DNA of 64,000 nt from Squalus acanthias. Taxonomy: Eukaryota. The stretch is from contig CM059436.1 in NCBI GenBank assembly GCA_030390025.1, forward strand, positions 37,386,001 to 37,450,000. Direction: 5' to 3'. The notes below the pieces were generated by a model. It saw only the letters and a program-made list of their open reading frames with translations, had not been told where the DNA came from and made no database searches. The translations under genes and the position numbers were made by a program. Positions 39,123 to 52,600 of this stretch are shown in pieces. Numbering within the stretch: position 1 is the first letter of the stretch; each line of letters opens with the position of its first letter.

Positions 39123-40441
39123 GTAAGTGTGCGTTTTTTCAAAAGCCTTTTTGGATCATTTGTATTTGAATTGTTAGTGAAATACATGTTTATTTCAATT
39201 TAGCTATAAATTGATAGCACTTTCTGGAAAGTAACCACAATAGTATAAACATTTACATTTTTTAAAGGGAAGAAAGTTCCAGATTGAATACCTTTCTGTT
39301 CAAAGTAGCCCCTGAATCATCATGTCTGAAAGAAAAAGTGACAAAAATACGTATGACCCATATAATAACTTTACCATTTTAGTAACCTTTCTAGGCTAAT
39401 AGATACTTACCTTTCTGGATCTTTTCCCCTCTTCTGGTAGCATCACTGACTGTGGGAGGAATTACCTGTGTCCAGAACAGCTCCATCCCTTTCAATGGTG
39501 GTTACAACTCCAGACGAGCCCAAGAACTGATCAGGGGGTTGTCTGACCCTAAAAACCTCTACCAGCTGGGTGAAGCTGCATGCCCAGGCTGTTAGAATAT
39601 TGTCCTGTGGCCAGTCCAAAGTTGCTGCACCCATTCAATAAATGAAGCTGCTCTGGGATGCATGTGGCTCCTCACGGTCAGTGATCCGTACAATGGAAAG
39701 ACCCAAAATGGTGGGAGCCTGTGAGCAGTAATTACAGTCGTGATAGTCTTTGATATGGATATCATTGTTCATCAACCAGGTGGAGCATCCTAATTGTTGG
39801 TATCTGCCATAATGTCTTTTAACTTTACTCTCATGGTTTATGATATCATCTGCAACCATTCATGTCTTGTAATCAGTTCTCCTTATCCATTATTTAATGT
39901 GTTTTTTCTATATACTGATAACATGCATATACTGTAAACTGGTCTGAAACATTTGGGTGTTTGATAACACTGCTTCAGAAAAAAGTACCCCAGTTAGCCA
40001 CAGGTTCTAAATATTGCGCTGTTGCTTTATCGAGCAATTCAACTTGTGCTATAAAATTTTTTCCATGAAATATTTAGTGAAGTTTTTGAGTACAATTTTC
40101 TTCAATATTATGACTCATAAATTAAACTGTTTAAACTTCGCTTTAAACATTTTAATTCTAAATTGTCACAATGTACAAAGTTATAATAGCTACTTTAAAT
40201 TCGTTTTGACTTGCACAGCAGAATTTATTTATGCCCTCTCAAAGTTGCTGCAACCATTGAATGAAACGAGCGAAGCTGCTTTGGGATGCATGTGACTTCT
40301 CACCATCTTTATTTTCATGACGACTTTCTCTATTGCTTTTCTGCCCCTCTTTTCCCCTCCCCCAATCTTCCTTGTCCTTCCCTTTCTGGCTTTAAGTTGA
40401 TGTTTACCAGTTCTAGGTTTACAGGAGAGAGAGATCATTTT

Positions 40442-40605
40442 GGGGGTAGTTTTCAACTTCATTGCCTGGGCAGTAACCCAGCAGAGCAGGTTGCCTGCCA
40501 GTTGTAGAACCCTCCTAGCCCCTAATTTTCATTTCATGGACTTCAGTGGTGAGAAATCCGCTCTGCCAGGTTACCACCCAGGTAGTGAAGTTGAAATTTA
40601 GCCCC
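40442..40605. mobile_element. Short MITE with GGGG termini
   Basis: 20-bp TIR GGGGGTAGTTTTCAACTTCA / TGAAGTTGAAATTTAGCCCC (17/20). Confidence 0.6.
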
Positions 40606-40803
40606 TGTAGGTTTGCAGCAGATTAATAGCTGACAGTACCAAGATATTGTCTACCACATCAGTAGATGTTAGTTAGTGGTATAGCTATAAAGCAGTCAGG
40701 GAGGAAAGCTTTGATCAGAGAATGGAACGTTAAGCTGTACAGTGAAGAAGAGTGAAAGAAAATATAGCAATAAAGTAAACGGATATAAACTAGGTTACAT
40801 ATA

Positions 40804-41167
40804 CAGGAAACTCTTTATTAATTGGCACCCAAATATCCGGAAATCTCTCTTAACCGGCAAAATTCTTGAGTCGGTAACCGGGGTTTTCCTTCATCTCTCG
40901 TTTAAAATTAACTTTAAAAAAAACCCCAAGGCGTTTGCCTTGTATCGGAGCGTGTAGATTGGGAGGGGAATGTGCAGCCCGGGTAGGCAGCGGACACGAC
41001 AGATGGTCAGCTAGCGGTCCCCGGGGAGACGGAGCTCCGAATGCAGGCGCATGTCAATGTGTACGGGGCTCTCGTACGTTGGGAGATATAACTCTCCGTT
41101 ATCCGGACTTTTTGATTAACCAGCACCACGCCGGTCCCGTCTGTGCCGGTTAATAAAGTGTTTCCTG
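40804..41167. mobile_element. Tc1/mariner (pogo/Tigger-like) MITE
   Basis: TA TSD; 25-bp TIR CAGGAAAC(T/A)CTTTATTAA..GGCAC (22/25); subterminal TTAACCGGCA and TATCCGGA repeats. Confidence 0.85.
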
Positions 41168-41332
41168 TACTAGAAAAATGTAAAGATAATGCCATTGAGG
41201 TGCCAAATTACTGCTGCCTCTTGCTTTTGAATTGTACAATCCATTTGAGGCCACTTCAAGCAATTAATCTGACAAGTGCAGTTTTTTTGAATTTGTAAAC
41301 GTCATGCAATTTGTCTTTTTTGCTGTACCTAG

Positions 41333-41542
41333 GTCATTACGAAATCAGAATTGATTGAATATTATGATGTCAGTGGCTGCTATGTTCTCCGACCATGGTC
41401 TTATACTATCTGGGAATCTATCAAAGAGTTCTTCGACCGTGAGATTAAGAAACTTGGTGTGGAGAACTGTTACTTCCCCATGTTTGTGTCTCAGGCAGCC
41501 CTAGAGAAGGAGAAGTCACATATAGCAGACTTTGCCCCTGAG
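41333..41542 (+). CDS. EPRS1: EPRS1 exon (22)
   Basis: 210 bp; [22 protein letters not shown]...[26 protein letters not shown]. Confidence 0.96.
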
Positions 41543-42020
41543 GTAAGAACATAAATATATTTCCTTCGAAATCCATTCACTTTGTGTTCCATTTTAAAGA
41601 CGTATGGTTGCGTAATGTATTTTCTAAAAGGTTTGGCATAGTTCTGACTTTAGGAATCTGGATTGTGACTTTTATGTCTGCATGCAAGAATGCTTAATTT
41701 TACACTGGGTCTCTAGGTCAAGAGTTGATTGAGGAAACAAAGCGTGTTGAAGACTCGCCCATCAAACACGCACTTGACTCTGTTGGCTTGCCTATGTATG
41801 AGTGATATAAAGTTAGGTTTTGTTGCATTTGATCCAAAATATGATCGTTTGTTTCATTTTAAATTTTGTGTGGAATACTGCATTCTAATGTGAGTGATAT
41901 TGAAATTAAGTCCAGTGATGCATATGACTGAGAAATATTAAGTTATGATATAAACTTTCTTCACGTCGACTGTTTTGTTCCATGGAGGAATTAATCATTA
42001 TTTTACTTTTTCGAAATAAG

Positions 42021-42093
42021 GTTGCTTGGGTAACTAGATCAGGAAAAACAGAGTTAGCAGAACCAATTGCTGTTCGACCAACAAGTGAAACAG
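42021..42093 (+). CDS. EPRS1: EPRS1 exon (23)
   Basis: 73 bp; [24 protein letters not shown]. Confidence 0.95.
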
Positions 42094-42139
42094 GTAGGAA
42101 AGAATTTAATCAGGAATTTCTGACGGTTTATTGATGAAG

Positions 42140-42545
42140 AAAGAACTTGAATTAAAGAGTATCTTTAACATGTCCTCAAGACATCTCAGTGCTTCACATC
42201 CAATTAATTGTGTAACCATTGTTCTATAGATAAATGCAGAAGCCAGTTTGCACAAAGCAAGACCGCCAATGAGAGAAATGATGATCTGATTTTGGTATTG
42301 TTAGTTGATGATGGAATATTAAACCGGACACCAGAGAACTCCCTGCTCTTCTCTCTGTCCCCCTTCAAATAGTGCCATGGGATCTCTAACATCCACCTGA
42401 ACAGACAGACTGGAGCACTTTTTCAGACTTTACATTAAGTACAGTATTTCCTACAATGCAGCTCTCCCTTACTGATGCACTGGAGTGTCAGCCTAGTTTG
42501 TGCTTAAAACCTGGAGTGTGGCTTGAACGCACAGTCTCTTGACCT
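42140..42545 (-). mobile_element. Decayed DeuSINE-like copy
   Basis: Reverse-complement matches such as AAATAGTGCCATGGGATCT and GCACTGGAGTGTCAGCCTAG. Confidence 0.65.
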
Positions 42546-42559
42546 ACAATCTCAGAACT

Positions 42560-42965
42560 TTACAGTAAGAGACTATTCAGCTCATTGCGCCTTTGCTGGC
42601 TCTAGAACAAGCTATCCACTTGAACGAGCATTTCCTTTTAAAATGTTTCTTTTTCCAAATATTTATCTACTCTTTTAAAAGTTATCATAGAATCTGCTTC
42701 CACTAGGACATTCTGGTAGGGCATTCCATATCCTTACAGCCAAAAAGATTCTCCTAACCTCCTTTTTGTTTTGGTGGTGGTAAATTTATGACCTCTAATT
42801 ACAGGCTCACCAATCAGTGGAAATAGTTTTTTCTGATTTACCTTATTGAAACCCCTCATATTTTTGATAACATCTATAAGATCTCGTAATCGTCTTTACT
42901 CTAATTAAAAGGGCCCAGTTCCTCTAATCATGAATATAACCTCTCATCCCTGGAATCATCTTAGT
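42560..42965 (-). mobile_element. Decayed CR1 3' fragment
   Basis: GAATCTGCTTCCAC...GCATTCCA, CTCATCCCTGGAATCAT. Confidence 0.6.
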
Positions 42966-42967
42966 GA

Positions 42968-43075
42968 AATAAAAACAGAAAATGCTGGAACCACTCAGCA
43001 GGTCATGCAACATCTTTGGAGAGAGGATGGTTGGGTTAACATTTCAGATCAATGACCTTTCATCAGAACCGGGAG
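42968..43075 (-). mobile_element. Solo Penelope pLTR fragment with degenerate hammerhead (43034-43070)
   Basis: Matches 29032-29120; minus strand GGTT-CTGATGA-A-AGGTC-ATT-GATCT-GAAA-TG-TT-AACC. Confidence 0.7.
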
Positions 43076-43122
43076 ATGTTACAGATAAATAGCTTAAAGG
43101 GTGGAGCTTCCTGTCTTAATAA

Positions 43123-43314
<192 letters not shown>

Positions 43315-43899
43315 TGAAGCCCCGAGTATGACCAATGGAAACTTGTAAAATGCAGAAATAAGAGAGGATTATAAGGGAATGGACAATACATGGCAAAATT
43401 GTCCTGGACTCTCTGTACCTTTCAGTAACTAATTTATATCCACCGTTGGGATCCTGTGAACAGGCCACCTTCCCCTTGACTGGGATGGTTCATGGTACGG
43501 AAATCTGCACATTTTTCATCATTCAAGCATCCCTCGTACATTGTAGGAATTTATTCAATCTTGCTTGGTTCTGTTTTTGTTTTTACCTATCATGACTACC
43601 CCCATGTGTCCCCCTGCTCCTGCACTATACAAAGGCCTATGATCTTCATGATGGTGCAGTTCTTTTGAGGTTCTCTAAGCTACCAGCATTATTTTTATTT
43701 GACTTCTCGAGTCACTCTGTAGCAGAGGAAGGTACAGTTTTTAGCTTTTAAGCTTAATTATACTTCTATATGTTTCTGTTTTAGTTAACTCCTTGTGTGC
43801 GACCATAGCTGAAGCTGACACCTCCGGAACACTGGTCGGTCTTAACTAATTTAGAAAATCGCTCACTTTGGGCACAAGCTATATGCTGCTCTCAAAGGC

Positions 43900-45720
43900 T
43901 CGTGCCTTCAGCAGGTTTAATCTATAAAGCAATAACTACCTCAGATTCTCAGGTGATCCAGTGGAGTTTTTTGTAGCACCAGTGATCTCTCCAGAAAGTA
44001 GCTCCTCTCCTAAAAACAAATAAATAAATAAAAATCATTCAGCTGTAGTGATGGGTGCTTTTCCCCCAAGATAGAGCTCAGTACCTTGGATTCTTCTCCT
44101 TGGATCCAATCTCATAGATGCATAAAAAATTTAACGCCAAGTATGACTTCAAGCAGGGACACAGACTCTAGTGCAAAACCATAATCTAATTAGAACAGGA
44201 TTCTCAGATGGAACTTTTTTGTTCCTCAGCTGTTGTGCTTGGAGATTTGGGCAGGGGGAAACAGCACTACTTGGGTGATCATTCAGCCCCAGATCCAGTA
44301 AGTGGTTTCTTCTGCTAAAGAGAGCAGCTTCCTTACACACGTCAATCTTGGGTTGCAGGGGAATGTACCAGACCTTTCACCCTGTCACTTTCCAGTTGCC
44401 ATGTAGATGATCAAACAAAATTCATCATTCTAAACAAGGGTACATCGCACCTAGACCAAGTGCATGGGATTATTAATATTAAATGATAACAGAGTGTGGA
44501 CTGGATCGATTTCTGCTGGAATCCATCACAAGCAATCATGATTTAGTCAGAAGTTTGAGGGAGGGAGCCACGATTTGAAGGCTGTTCAGCTTCTGTTAAC
44601 TGCTTCTTGGGAGAGACTGACTGTGGTGACTATCCAGATTTTCTGCCCTCGATGGATCAGGATATGCTTGACACCCTTTATTCTGGAGCTCTTCACTCAT
44701 TTACCCTGCCACAGGTGGTTCCAACACTTGGAGAGAGCTACTTAGGCAGTGACTGGCAGATCAAACAAATTGTCTCCATCAGTCTGTTCATCAATAATTC
44801 TGTTGCATCTATTTTTCCCCTTAGGATGGCCTAAGTGAATGATGGAAGAGAAAATGTAGGGAATGAGGGTATTGAGGATGATGATGAGGATTCACTCGAA
44901 TAGTACTAGGTTTGGTGAGGCATTTTACGTCCAGGTGGAGCAGGGAATAAATGCTACTCTTGCTGTGGTTCGAGAAGCCTAAGTGAATCCCTATCTTCAG
45001 CTATTGTAGTAGGCACAGCTTGTCAATGGGTTTTTCATGCCCTCATCCCTACAGGAGTGTACCCTTGGGTTTGAGTGGTAATCTGAGATACACCTAGGAT
45101 CAGCAGACCTTTTAGATCAGGTACTAGTACCAGACTCTGGTCACTCTCCATGTCCTCCCTTCAGCCTGCAAGGTCAGTGACCTGCTGCGAGTTGTAGGCT
45201 AGCCTTATCTTATGTGGCATGAGGATAGAGTAGTTCTTGGACTCGCCCAGGATTTTTCCCCTAGATGGTGACCGTTTGATTTGGGTGAGGGATTGTTGTA
45301 CCCTGTTTATATACATGTCATTTCAATCAGATGAATATTGTAAATATAGATATCCACAGAATGTTTTATTTTTATGTTCACTGAACTTGGGGAAACACCA
45401 GGAGTTGTGTATGTCATATGGACAGAAGACCTGGGTATTTCAGTGATGAGACAGTGTATTGCAAAATGGCTAATCAAGTGTATTCTCCACTATACCACTT
45501 AGCAGGTGAACATCCCCGAGTAAAGGGCCATTCAACTTGTTCCACAGTTGCTATATGGGTTTCTCTTGTTTCCGTTGACTATATCCGTAAGGCAGCTGCA
45601 TGGAATACCTCTCCTGTTTACCAGACTTTACTGTTTAAATTTGACCAACTCCAGGACAATGTTTTTAGTAGATTTGTTTTGGTGGCAGGGGTTGAGGGGT
45701 CCCAGCTACCGTCCCCCTAA
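43900..45720 (+). mobile_element. Probable decayed DIRS-type (tyrosine recombinase) retrotransposon; left boundary uncertain
   Basis: 45500-45650 reads VKGHSTCSTVAIW...VDYIRKAAAWNTSP, then after a frameshift FTRLYCLNL, resembling the DIRS YR C-terminus (HSTR...AATW...F.RFY.L); AFPP motif near 44057. Confidence 0.45.
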
Positions 45721-46253
45721 ATTGGCACTACTTTGGTATAGCTTGGAAGGTGTGCGAAGAGTACTTGCATGACTAAGAGAGTGAGATTGCCTACCTTGTA
45801 GAATACATCACACTCCATGATTTTGCTCGACTACCACATGGTTGCCCTGCTGATAGGGTTTGTTGTTTTATTATTAAAATATTTTGAAGGAAGTTGTTTT
45901 TAGATTAGTTCCTAGTTCAAAAAGAACTGAACAATTTTGCCGATACTAGTCCTTTATATAGGTTGGGAACATGGTGTTATATGGGCAACCCCATACGTGC
46001 CAAAACTGCTCATTAGTCCAGGATAGTCCTGAAATGCAAAGATAACCTCTGGCTTCTCTTCACTACAAACCATCTTCTTAAACCCCTAAACCTGAGATTA
46101 GTCACTTTATAAAAAAAAAAATAATAATAATTAAAATACTTTAAGTCTAAAAAGGTGTGTTAAAATAAAATCTACACAATTTACTGAAAGCTCAAAGCCT
46201 TTTCAGGAAGCTGGACAGATCTTAATATATGAAGTCAAATGAAAACATAGTGC

Positions 46254-47660
46254 AGGCCTGCCTCCTCCACCCTCCCCTCCAACAACAAGTGTGAGGAGCT
46301 CATGGACTTCTTTGTCACTAAGATTGAGACCATCCGTTCAGCTGCCTCTACTGCTTCTCTTCATTCCCCTAGCCCACCAAGCCAAACTTCCCCTAAGGTT
46401 CTCCCCTACCCTAGCCCTGAACTCTCATCTTTCACTAGTTTCTCCCCCTCATGCCCTCACCGAGCCCATATTGTCCATGAGACCCACTTCCTGCTCCCTT
46501 GACCCTATTCTCAGCAAACTGCTGACCACCCAACTTCCCTTCCTGGCCCTCATGTTAGTTGATATTGTTAACGGTTCCTTCTCCTCAGGTACTGTTTCCC
46601 CCTCCCTTTCAAATCTGCTGTCATCACTCCCCTCCTCAAAAAACCCACCCTTGACCCCTCTGTTCTTGCAAACTACCATTCCATCTCCAATCTCCCTTTC
46701 CTCTCAAGTTCTTGAACGTGTTGTTGCCTCCCAAAATCCGTGCCCATCTTTCCCGTACCTCCATGTCTGAACCCATCCAATCTTTTGGTTTTCCGCCTCT
46801 GCCACAGCACTGAAACAGCCCTTATCAAAGTCACAAATGGCATCCACTGTGACTGTGGTAAACTATCCCTCCTTATCCTTCTCAACCTGTCTGCAGTCTT
46901 TGACATGGTTGACCACACCATCCTCCTCCAATGCCTCTCCTCCATCATCCAGCTGGGTGGGACTGCCCTCACCTGGTTCCATTCTTATCTATCTAATCGT
47001 AGCTAGAGAATCACCGGCAAAGACTTCTCTTCTCCCGCATCGTTACCGCTGGAATCTCCCAAGAATCTATCCTTGGCCCCCTCCTGTTTATCCTCTACAT
47101 GCTGCTCTTTGTTTCCTCTAAATTTGACCCTTCCAATGTTATTCTGGTCATCCTCCCATCTTCCACCCTTCATAAACTTGAACTCATCCAAAACTCTGCT
47201 GCCCTTATGCCAATTCACACTAAATTCTGTTCACCCATCACCTCTGTGCTCACTGACCTACATTGGCTCCTGGTCCGGCAAAGCTTCAATTTTAAAATTC
47301 TCATCCTTGTTTTCAAATCTGTCCATGGCCTTGCCCCTCTCTACCTCTGTAACCTCCTACAGTCCTCCAAGATCGCTGTGCTCCTCTAATTCTGGCCTCT
47401 TGAGCATCTCCGATTTTAATCGCTCCACTATTTGCTGCCGTGCCTTCAGCTGCCTAGGCCCATGGCTCTGTAATTCCCTCCCTATGCCTCTCTACCTCTC
47501 CTCCTTTAAGCTGCTCCTTAAAACCTACCTCTTTGACCAGCTTTTGGTCACCTGTCCTAATATCTCCTTACGTGGCTCAGTGTCAAATCTTGTTTGTTAA
47601 CGCTCCCTTGGGATGTTTTACTACGTTAAAGGCGCTATATAAATGCAAATTGTTGTTGAC
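46254..47660 (+). mobile_element. 5'-truncated, internally deleted L2 LINE (RT)
   Basis: [16 protein letters not shown]...[16 protein letters not shown]; PITSVLTDLHWL; tail AAGGCGCTATATAAATGCAAATTGTTG. Confidence 0.88.
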
Positions 47661-47723
47661 AGAACAAGTGTGATTTGTAATTCCTCAAAACCAGTCAAAA
47701 TTGGACAAGTTCCTATGGGGGGT

Positions 47724-48010
47724 GAACATAAGAACATAAGAAATAGGAGCAGGAGTAGGCCAATCGGCCCCTCGAGCCTGCTCCGCCATTCAATAAGATC
47801 ATGGCTGATCTGATCCTAACCGCCAATCTACTATCTATCACAGAACCATCTCCTGCATCTAACAGAATTGCACACACGAAATAGGAGCAGAATCAGGCTA
47901 CACGGTCCCTGGGCCCGCTCCACTACCCACAGGGCCATGACCGATCCGAACCTAGACTCATGTCCAAATTCCTGCCCGCTCCCCGTAACCCTTAATGCCC
48001 TTTACTTCTA
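47724..48010 (-). mobile_element. Short CR1 3' end with doubled 3'UTR
   Basis: GAACATAA tail repeats; two successive TAGGAGCAG modules before the ORF2 stop. Confidence 0.8.
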
Positions 48011-48029
48011 GGGTGAGAGATGGTTACTG

Positions 48030-48923
<894 letters not shown>

Positions 48924-48940
48924 TAAGAGCCCTAAACAAA

Positions 48941-50830
48941 ATCATAAGAGATAGGAGCAGGAGTAGGCCATTTGGCCCTTCAAGCCTGCTCCGCCATTCA
49001 ATAAGATCATGGCTGATCTGATCCTAACCTCAAATCTAAAGAACACAAGAAGTAGGAGCAGGACCCGGCCACTCAGCCCCTGGGCCCGCTCCGCCACTCA
49101 CAGGGCCTTGACTGATCCGAACTCCGCCTCATGTCCAATTCCCTGCCCGCTCCCCGTAACCCCTAATTCCCTTTACTTCTAGGAAACTGTCTATTTCTGT
49201 TTTAAATTTATTTAATGATGTAGCTTCTACAGCTTCCTGGGGCAGCAAATTCCACAGACCTACTACCCTCTGAGTGAAGAAGTTTCTCCTCATCTCAGTT
49301 TTGAAAGAGCAGCCCCTTATTCTAAGATTATGCCCCCTAGTTCTAGTTTCACCCATCCTTGGGAACATCCTTACTGCATCCACCCGATCAAGCCCCTTCA
49401 CAATCTTATATGTTTCAATAAGATCGCCTCTCATTCTTCTGAACTCCAATGAGTAGAGTCCCAATCTACTCAACCTCTCCTCGTATGTCCACCCCCTCAT
49501 CCCCGGGATTAACCGAGTGAACCTTCTTTGTACTGCCTCGAGAGCAAGTATGTCTTTTCTTAAGTATGGACACCAAAACTGTATGCAGTATTCCAGGTGT
49601 GGTCTCACCAATACCTTATATAACTGCAGCAATACCTCCCTGTTTTTATAATCTATCCCCCTAGCAATAAAAGCCAACATTCCGTTGGCCTTCTTGATCA
49701 CCTGCTGCACCTGCATACTAACTTTTTGATTTTCTTGCACTAGGACCCCCAGATCCCTTTGTACTGCAGTACTTTCCAGTTTCTCGCCATTAAGATAATA
49801 ACTTGCTCTCTGATTTTTCCTGCCAAAGTGCATAACCTCACATTTTCCAATATTGTATTGCATCTGCCAAATCTCCGCCCACTCACCCAGCCTGTCTATA
49901 TCCCCTTGTAGGTTTTTTATGTCATCCTCACTTTCTACTTTCCCTCCCATCTTTGTATCATCTGCAAACTTTGATATGTTACACTCGGTCCCCTCCTCCA
50001 AATCGTTAATATAGATTGTAAAGAGTTGGGGACCCAGCACCGACCCCTGCGGAACACCACTGGTTGCCTGTCCGAGAATGAACCATTTATCCCAACTCTC
50101 TGCTTCCTGTTAGATAACCAATCCTCCACCCATGCCAGAATATTACCCCCAATCCAGTGATTTTTTTATCTTGAGCAGTAATCTTTTATGTGGCACCTTG
50201 TCGAATGCTTTCTGGAAGTCTAAATACACTACGTCCACTGGTTCCCCTTTATCCACCCTGTACGTTATGTCCTCAAAGAACTCAAGCAAATTTGTCAGAC
50301 ATGACTTCCCCTTCATAAAGCCATGCTGACTTTGTCCTATTAAATTATGTTTATCTAAATGTTCTGTTACTGTCTCCTTAATAATAGACTCCCAAATTTT
50401 ACCCACCACAGATGTTAGGCTAACTGGTCTATAATTTCCAGCCTTCTGCCTACTACCCTTTTTAAATAAGGGTGTTACATTAGCAGTTTTCCAAATTGCC
50501 GGGACCTTTGCTGAGTCCAGGGAATTTTGGAAAATTATTACCAAAGCATCCACAATCCCAACTGTCACTTCCCTCAAGACCCTAGGATGTAAGCCATCAG
50601 GTCCAGGGGATTTATCCGCCTTGAGTCCCATTATTTTACTGAGTACCAATTCCTTAGTGATTTTAATCGTATTTAGCTCCTCCCTGCCTAGAGCCCCCTG
50701 TTTGTCCAGTGTTGGGATATTCTTAGTGTCCTCTACCGTAAAGACTGAAACAAAATATTTGTTCAGCATTTTTGCCATCTCATGTTTCCCACCATTAATT
50801 TCCCGGTCTCATCCTCTAAGGGACCTACGT
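48941..50830 (-). mobile_element. Young 5'-truncated CR1 (RT) with doubled 3'UTR
   Basis: ORFs 50143-50778 and 49129-50040 with RT motifs, close to the 2064-6500 element. Confidence 0.92.
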
Positions 50831-50832
50831 TA

Positions 50833-51145
50833 CCTTTCTTTAAAGTATGTAAAAAAGATAAACCTGTTGAAAAAATGTTTAAATCGTATTTAATTCACCA
50901 CTTACCTTGTTAAAAGCAGGCCTTGCGCCTCCTTTTTCCCCGCGCAGCTTCTCCGTACTTACCCTCACGGAGAAACCTGAAAAAAAAAACGAAGTTCGCT
51001 GCGTGCGCGCTGCCTCTCCGGCGCACGCGTTCGACCTCAACCCCTTCCTGCATGTGCAGTGCATGCGCGAAACTGGCACTTTCGTTAGGTCTACGGGTGA
51101 GTACCCAGCGCGTACTCACCCGTGGAGACCCGAATTTCTGGCCCA
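50833..51145. mobile_element. Half MITE related to 25738-26435
   Basis: Shares AAAAGCAGGCCTT.CGCCT motif; ends GAATTTCTGGCCC. Confidence 0.55.
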
Positions 51146-51780
51146 TTACATTTGGTCCCCTCATCCAAATCATTGATGTAGATTGTGAATAGCTGAAGCC
51201 CAAGCACTGATCCTTGCGGTACCCCACTAGTTACAGCCTGCCAACCCGAAAATGACCCGTTTATTTCTACTCTCTATTTTCTGTCCGTTAACCAATGCTA
51301 GTATATTACCCCCAATCCCATGAGCCCTAATTTTGTTTAATAACCACTTGTGTGGCACCTTATCAAATGCCTTCTGAAAATCCAAATACACCACATCCAC
51401 TGGTTCCCCCTTATCTATTCTGCTAGTTACAACCTCAAAAACTCCAACAGATTCGTCAAACACGATTTCCCTTTCATAAATCCCTGTTAACTCTGCCCAA
51501 TCCTAATATTTTCTAAGTGCCCTGTTACCATATCCTTAATAATAGATTCTAGCATTTTCCCTGCTACTGATGTCAGACTAACTGGTCTATAGCTCCCCGT
51601 TTTCTCTCTCCCTCCTTAAATAGTGGGGTTACATTTGCCACCTTCCAATCCGCAGGAACTGTTCTAGAATCTGTGGAATTTTGGAAAATGACAACCAATG
51701 CATCCACTAACTCTATAGCCAACACTTTCAAAACCCTAGGATGCAGGCCATCAGGTCCAGGAGATTTATCAACTTTCAGT
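51146..51780 (-). mobile_element. CR1 RT fragment
   Basis: VDVVYLDFQKAFDKVPH. Confidence 0.85.
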
Positions 51781-51943
51781 TATTTTGAATAATGTTGGCC
51801 ATATTCCTGGTGGATATGAGTATACTTTTTTTTAATAGTCATAATTTAGCATTAATCATTATTAAATTGTTGATCTACAACTGGTTATGTAGGAAATGGT
51901 TTTATGGTATCTCTTTAGTTGTCAAATTTTTTGTCTTATTACT

Positions 51944-52013
51944 CCTGTGAAGCGCCTTGGGACGTTTTATTACGTTAAAGACGCTATATAAATACTAGTT
52001 GTTGCTGTTGTAG
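51944..52013 (+). mobile_element. L2 tail fragment
   Basis: CCTGTGAAGCGCCTTGGGACG...CGCTATATAAAT. Confidence 0.6.
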
Positions 52014-52600
52014 TTGGGTGCATGTTCTATGTAGCTTGGGTTTTTATTTTCTGTATGATGTTTCTATTTAAGAAAAAGCAAGTTAGTTGCTACTGCAGGC
52101 CACAGGGTGAAGCTAGATCTCAGTTTTGTTCTGCCACTGTCTGAATCCAAATGTTAATAGTTGCTAATTGCCCTTTAGACTGGCAGTTACGAACTGAATT
52201 AACCCATTAATTTGGCTCTCATTTGTCACTGGCAATTTTATTGCCTTCAATTGATCAAGAACCTATCTCTGGATGGAAAAATTACTTGTTAGGTTGCGGA
52301 AAAAGATTACTCGGGAAGATCATAAGCATTTCTGAATTTTTTCAGTCGCTGATGTCTGAGCCATTAGCCCTAGAAGTGCAATGTCCAAATCATTACACTA
52401 CAGATACATTGGTACATATGAAGGGTTAAAGCTAAAAGGCCACTTTTTCTTTTCAAATGCTAACTGATCTGTGTATTTCCATTATTTTCAGTTTTATTTT
52501 GGAGGGTGTAAGTTTGGGATTTCAATGCGGGGATGCCCCTCTTGTATATTAGATCCCTGAGGTATTAACATCCATGCCAAGGTTGCCTTATTTCCAAGCA

